64,000 nucleotides of DNA from a bacterium (GTDB lineage Bacteria > Patescibacteriota > CPR2 > UBA1875 > JAJYID01): positions 305,771 through 369,770 of the forward strand of contig JAUSJO010000002.1 of NCBI GenBank assembly GCA_030647205.1, given 5' to 3'. The position numbers and the translations under genes are program-made. The notes under the pieces were generated by a model. That model had not been told where the DNA came from. It worked only from the letters and a program-made list of their open reading frames with translations, and ran no database searches. Positions within the stretch are counted from its first letter, which is position 1, and each line of letters begins with the position of its first letter. Shown here one piece after another: positions 63,196 through 64,000 of this stretch.

Positions 63196-64000
63196 GTTTA
63201 TCAGAAAAAATATGGTTTGATGGGAAAATAGTTGATAAGGCAGATGCGAATGCATTCTTCTTTAACCAAGCGTTGAACTTCGGAGCAAGTGTTTTTGACG
63301 GAATCAGAATATATGATACAAAAAATGGTCCATGTCTTTTCAGGATTGATGACCATATAGATAGGTTCTTTTATTCTCTTCATGCCTTGAGGATGAAATC
63401 GGGTTTTTCTAAGGAGGACTTGAAAAGAGCGGTTATAGAGATTGCCAAAGAAAATAAGATTACCAGCGGTTATGTCCGTCCGCTCTCTTTCTACTCAGAA
63501 CCAAAAATGGGGATCAATATTTTGGACTCTAAAGTTAGCACAGCCATCCTTACTTGGCCATGGGACGATGGTTCAAGGCAAAAGCCAGTTACTGTAAAAA
63601 TCTCCAAATATAAAAGACTTTCACCCGAGAGTGCTGATCTACGGGCAAAGATCGGAGGGTATTATGCACCTGGAATCTTAGCTTTTATAGATGCTAGAGA
63701 AGCCGGATATGATCTCCCTATGATGCTTGATGAAAATGGAAATATTGCCGAAGGAGCAGTCAGTAACTTTTTCTTTGTTAAAGACGGAAAGCTTTACGTT
63801 CCAAGGGCCGATAAGATTCTCGAGGGCATTACCAGCAGCACAATTGTTTCTTTGGCTGAAGATTTGGGGATAGAGGTAATATTGGCAGACTTTAGCCCGG
63901 AAGATCTAAAGAGTGCTGAAGAAGCATTTTTCACGAGTACCGGCGCGAAGCTCCAGCAAATAGAAAGGATTGAATCATTTTTCACTTCTAAAGGCTTTGA
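63192..64000 (+). CDS. ilvE: class IV (branched-chain amino acid / D-amino acid) aminotransferase, 3' end beyond the window
   Basis: Hand translation from ATG 63192, overlapping the upstream stop in an ATGA arrangement. Conserved blocks FDGIRIY, FRIDDHIDRF, YVRPLSFY, GGYYAPGILA and AEGAVSNFFFVKDGKLYVP are present. No stop codon before 64000. Confidence 0.7.
   Translation, partial: MSLSEKIWFDGKIVDKADANAFFFNQALNFGASVFDGIRIYDTKNGPCLFRIDDHIDRFFYSLHALRMKSGFSKEDLKRAVIEIAKENKITSGYVRPLSFYSEPKMGINILDSKVSTAILTWPWDDGSRQKPVTVKISKYKRLSPESADLRAKIGGYYAPGILAFIDAREAGYDLPMMLDENGNIAEGAVSNFFFVKDGKLYVPRADKILEGITSSTIVSLAEDLGIEVILADFSPEDLKSAEEAFFTSTGAKLQQIERIESFFTSKGF

Overview
This window reads as a low-GC, gene-dense chromosomal stretch from a small-genome bacterium, probably Candidate Phyla Radiation / Patescibacteria. 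Almost all genes are on the + strand and use strong AGGAGG ribosome-binding sites. A TGnTATAAT extended -10 box recurs upstream of many genes, often so close to the start codon that the mRNA is effectively leaderless. The 16S rRNA gene departs from bacterial consensus at several universal-primer sites.

Housekeeping content: pyk (3' fragment), pyrG, pheS-pheT, gyrB-gyrA, typA/bipA, rmuC, a NUDIX hydrolase, an ABC exporter, a P-type ATPase, a sensor histidine kinase next to a family-5 substrate-binding protein, an EamA transporter, an APH-family kinase, and a class IV aminotransferase that runs off the 3' end. RNA genes are tRNA-Pro(CGG) and a 16S rRNA with tRNA-Ile(GAT) and tRNA-Ala(UGC) in its spacer. 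No 23S follows, so the rRNA genes look unlinked.

Accessory features worth a second look:
1. A divergent Elp3 (radical-SAM/GNAT) and Trm9-like methyltransferase pair whose start codons overlap on opposite strands. Together they would give a eukaryote/archaea-type mcm5U34 tRNA wobble-modification module.
2. Three tandem paralogous zinc-ribbon mini-proteins.
3. Two tandem HExxH (SprT-like) proteins.
4. A 2,291-aa surface protein with about 20 Ycf48/BNR-like Asp-box propeller repeats plus Fn3 and PAP-N-like arrays, containing near-identical intragenic DNA repeats. It is followed by a disordered protein and a VirD4/TraG-like P-loop ATPase.
5. A GNAT gene wedged between gyrB and gyrA, and a histone-H1-like lysine-rich tail on GyrA.
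6. A 72-aa membrane ORF with a strong RBS inside the 16S-tRNA spacer.
7. A candidate new three-gene cassette: a 15-aa Cys-containing peptide ORF with a strong RBS, a radical-SAM enzyme with a Cys-rich SPASM/twitch-like C-terminus, and a translationally coupled 668-aa kinase-like + nucleotidyltransferase fusion protein.
8. A CoaB (phosphopantothenate-cysteine ligase) fused to a class-II-aldolase-like domain instead of the usual flavoprotein CoaC.
9. A GC-rich (~55%) BtpA/SgcQ-like TIM-barrel gene sitting in ~38% GC surroundings.
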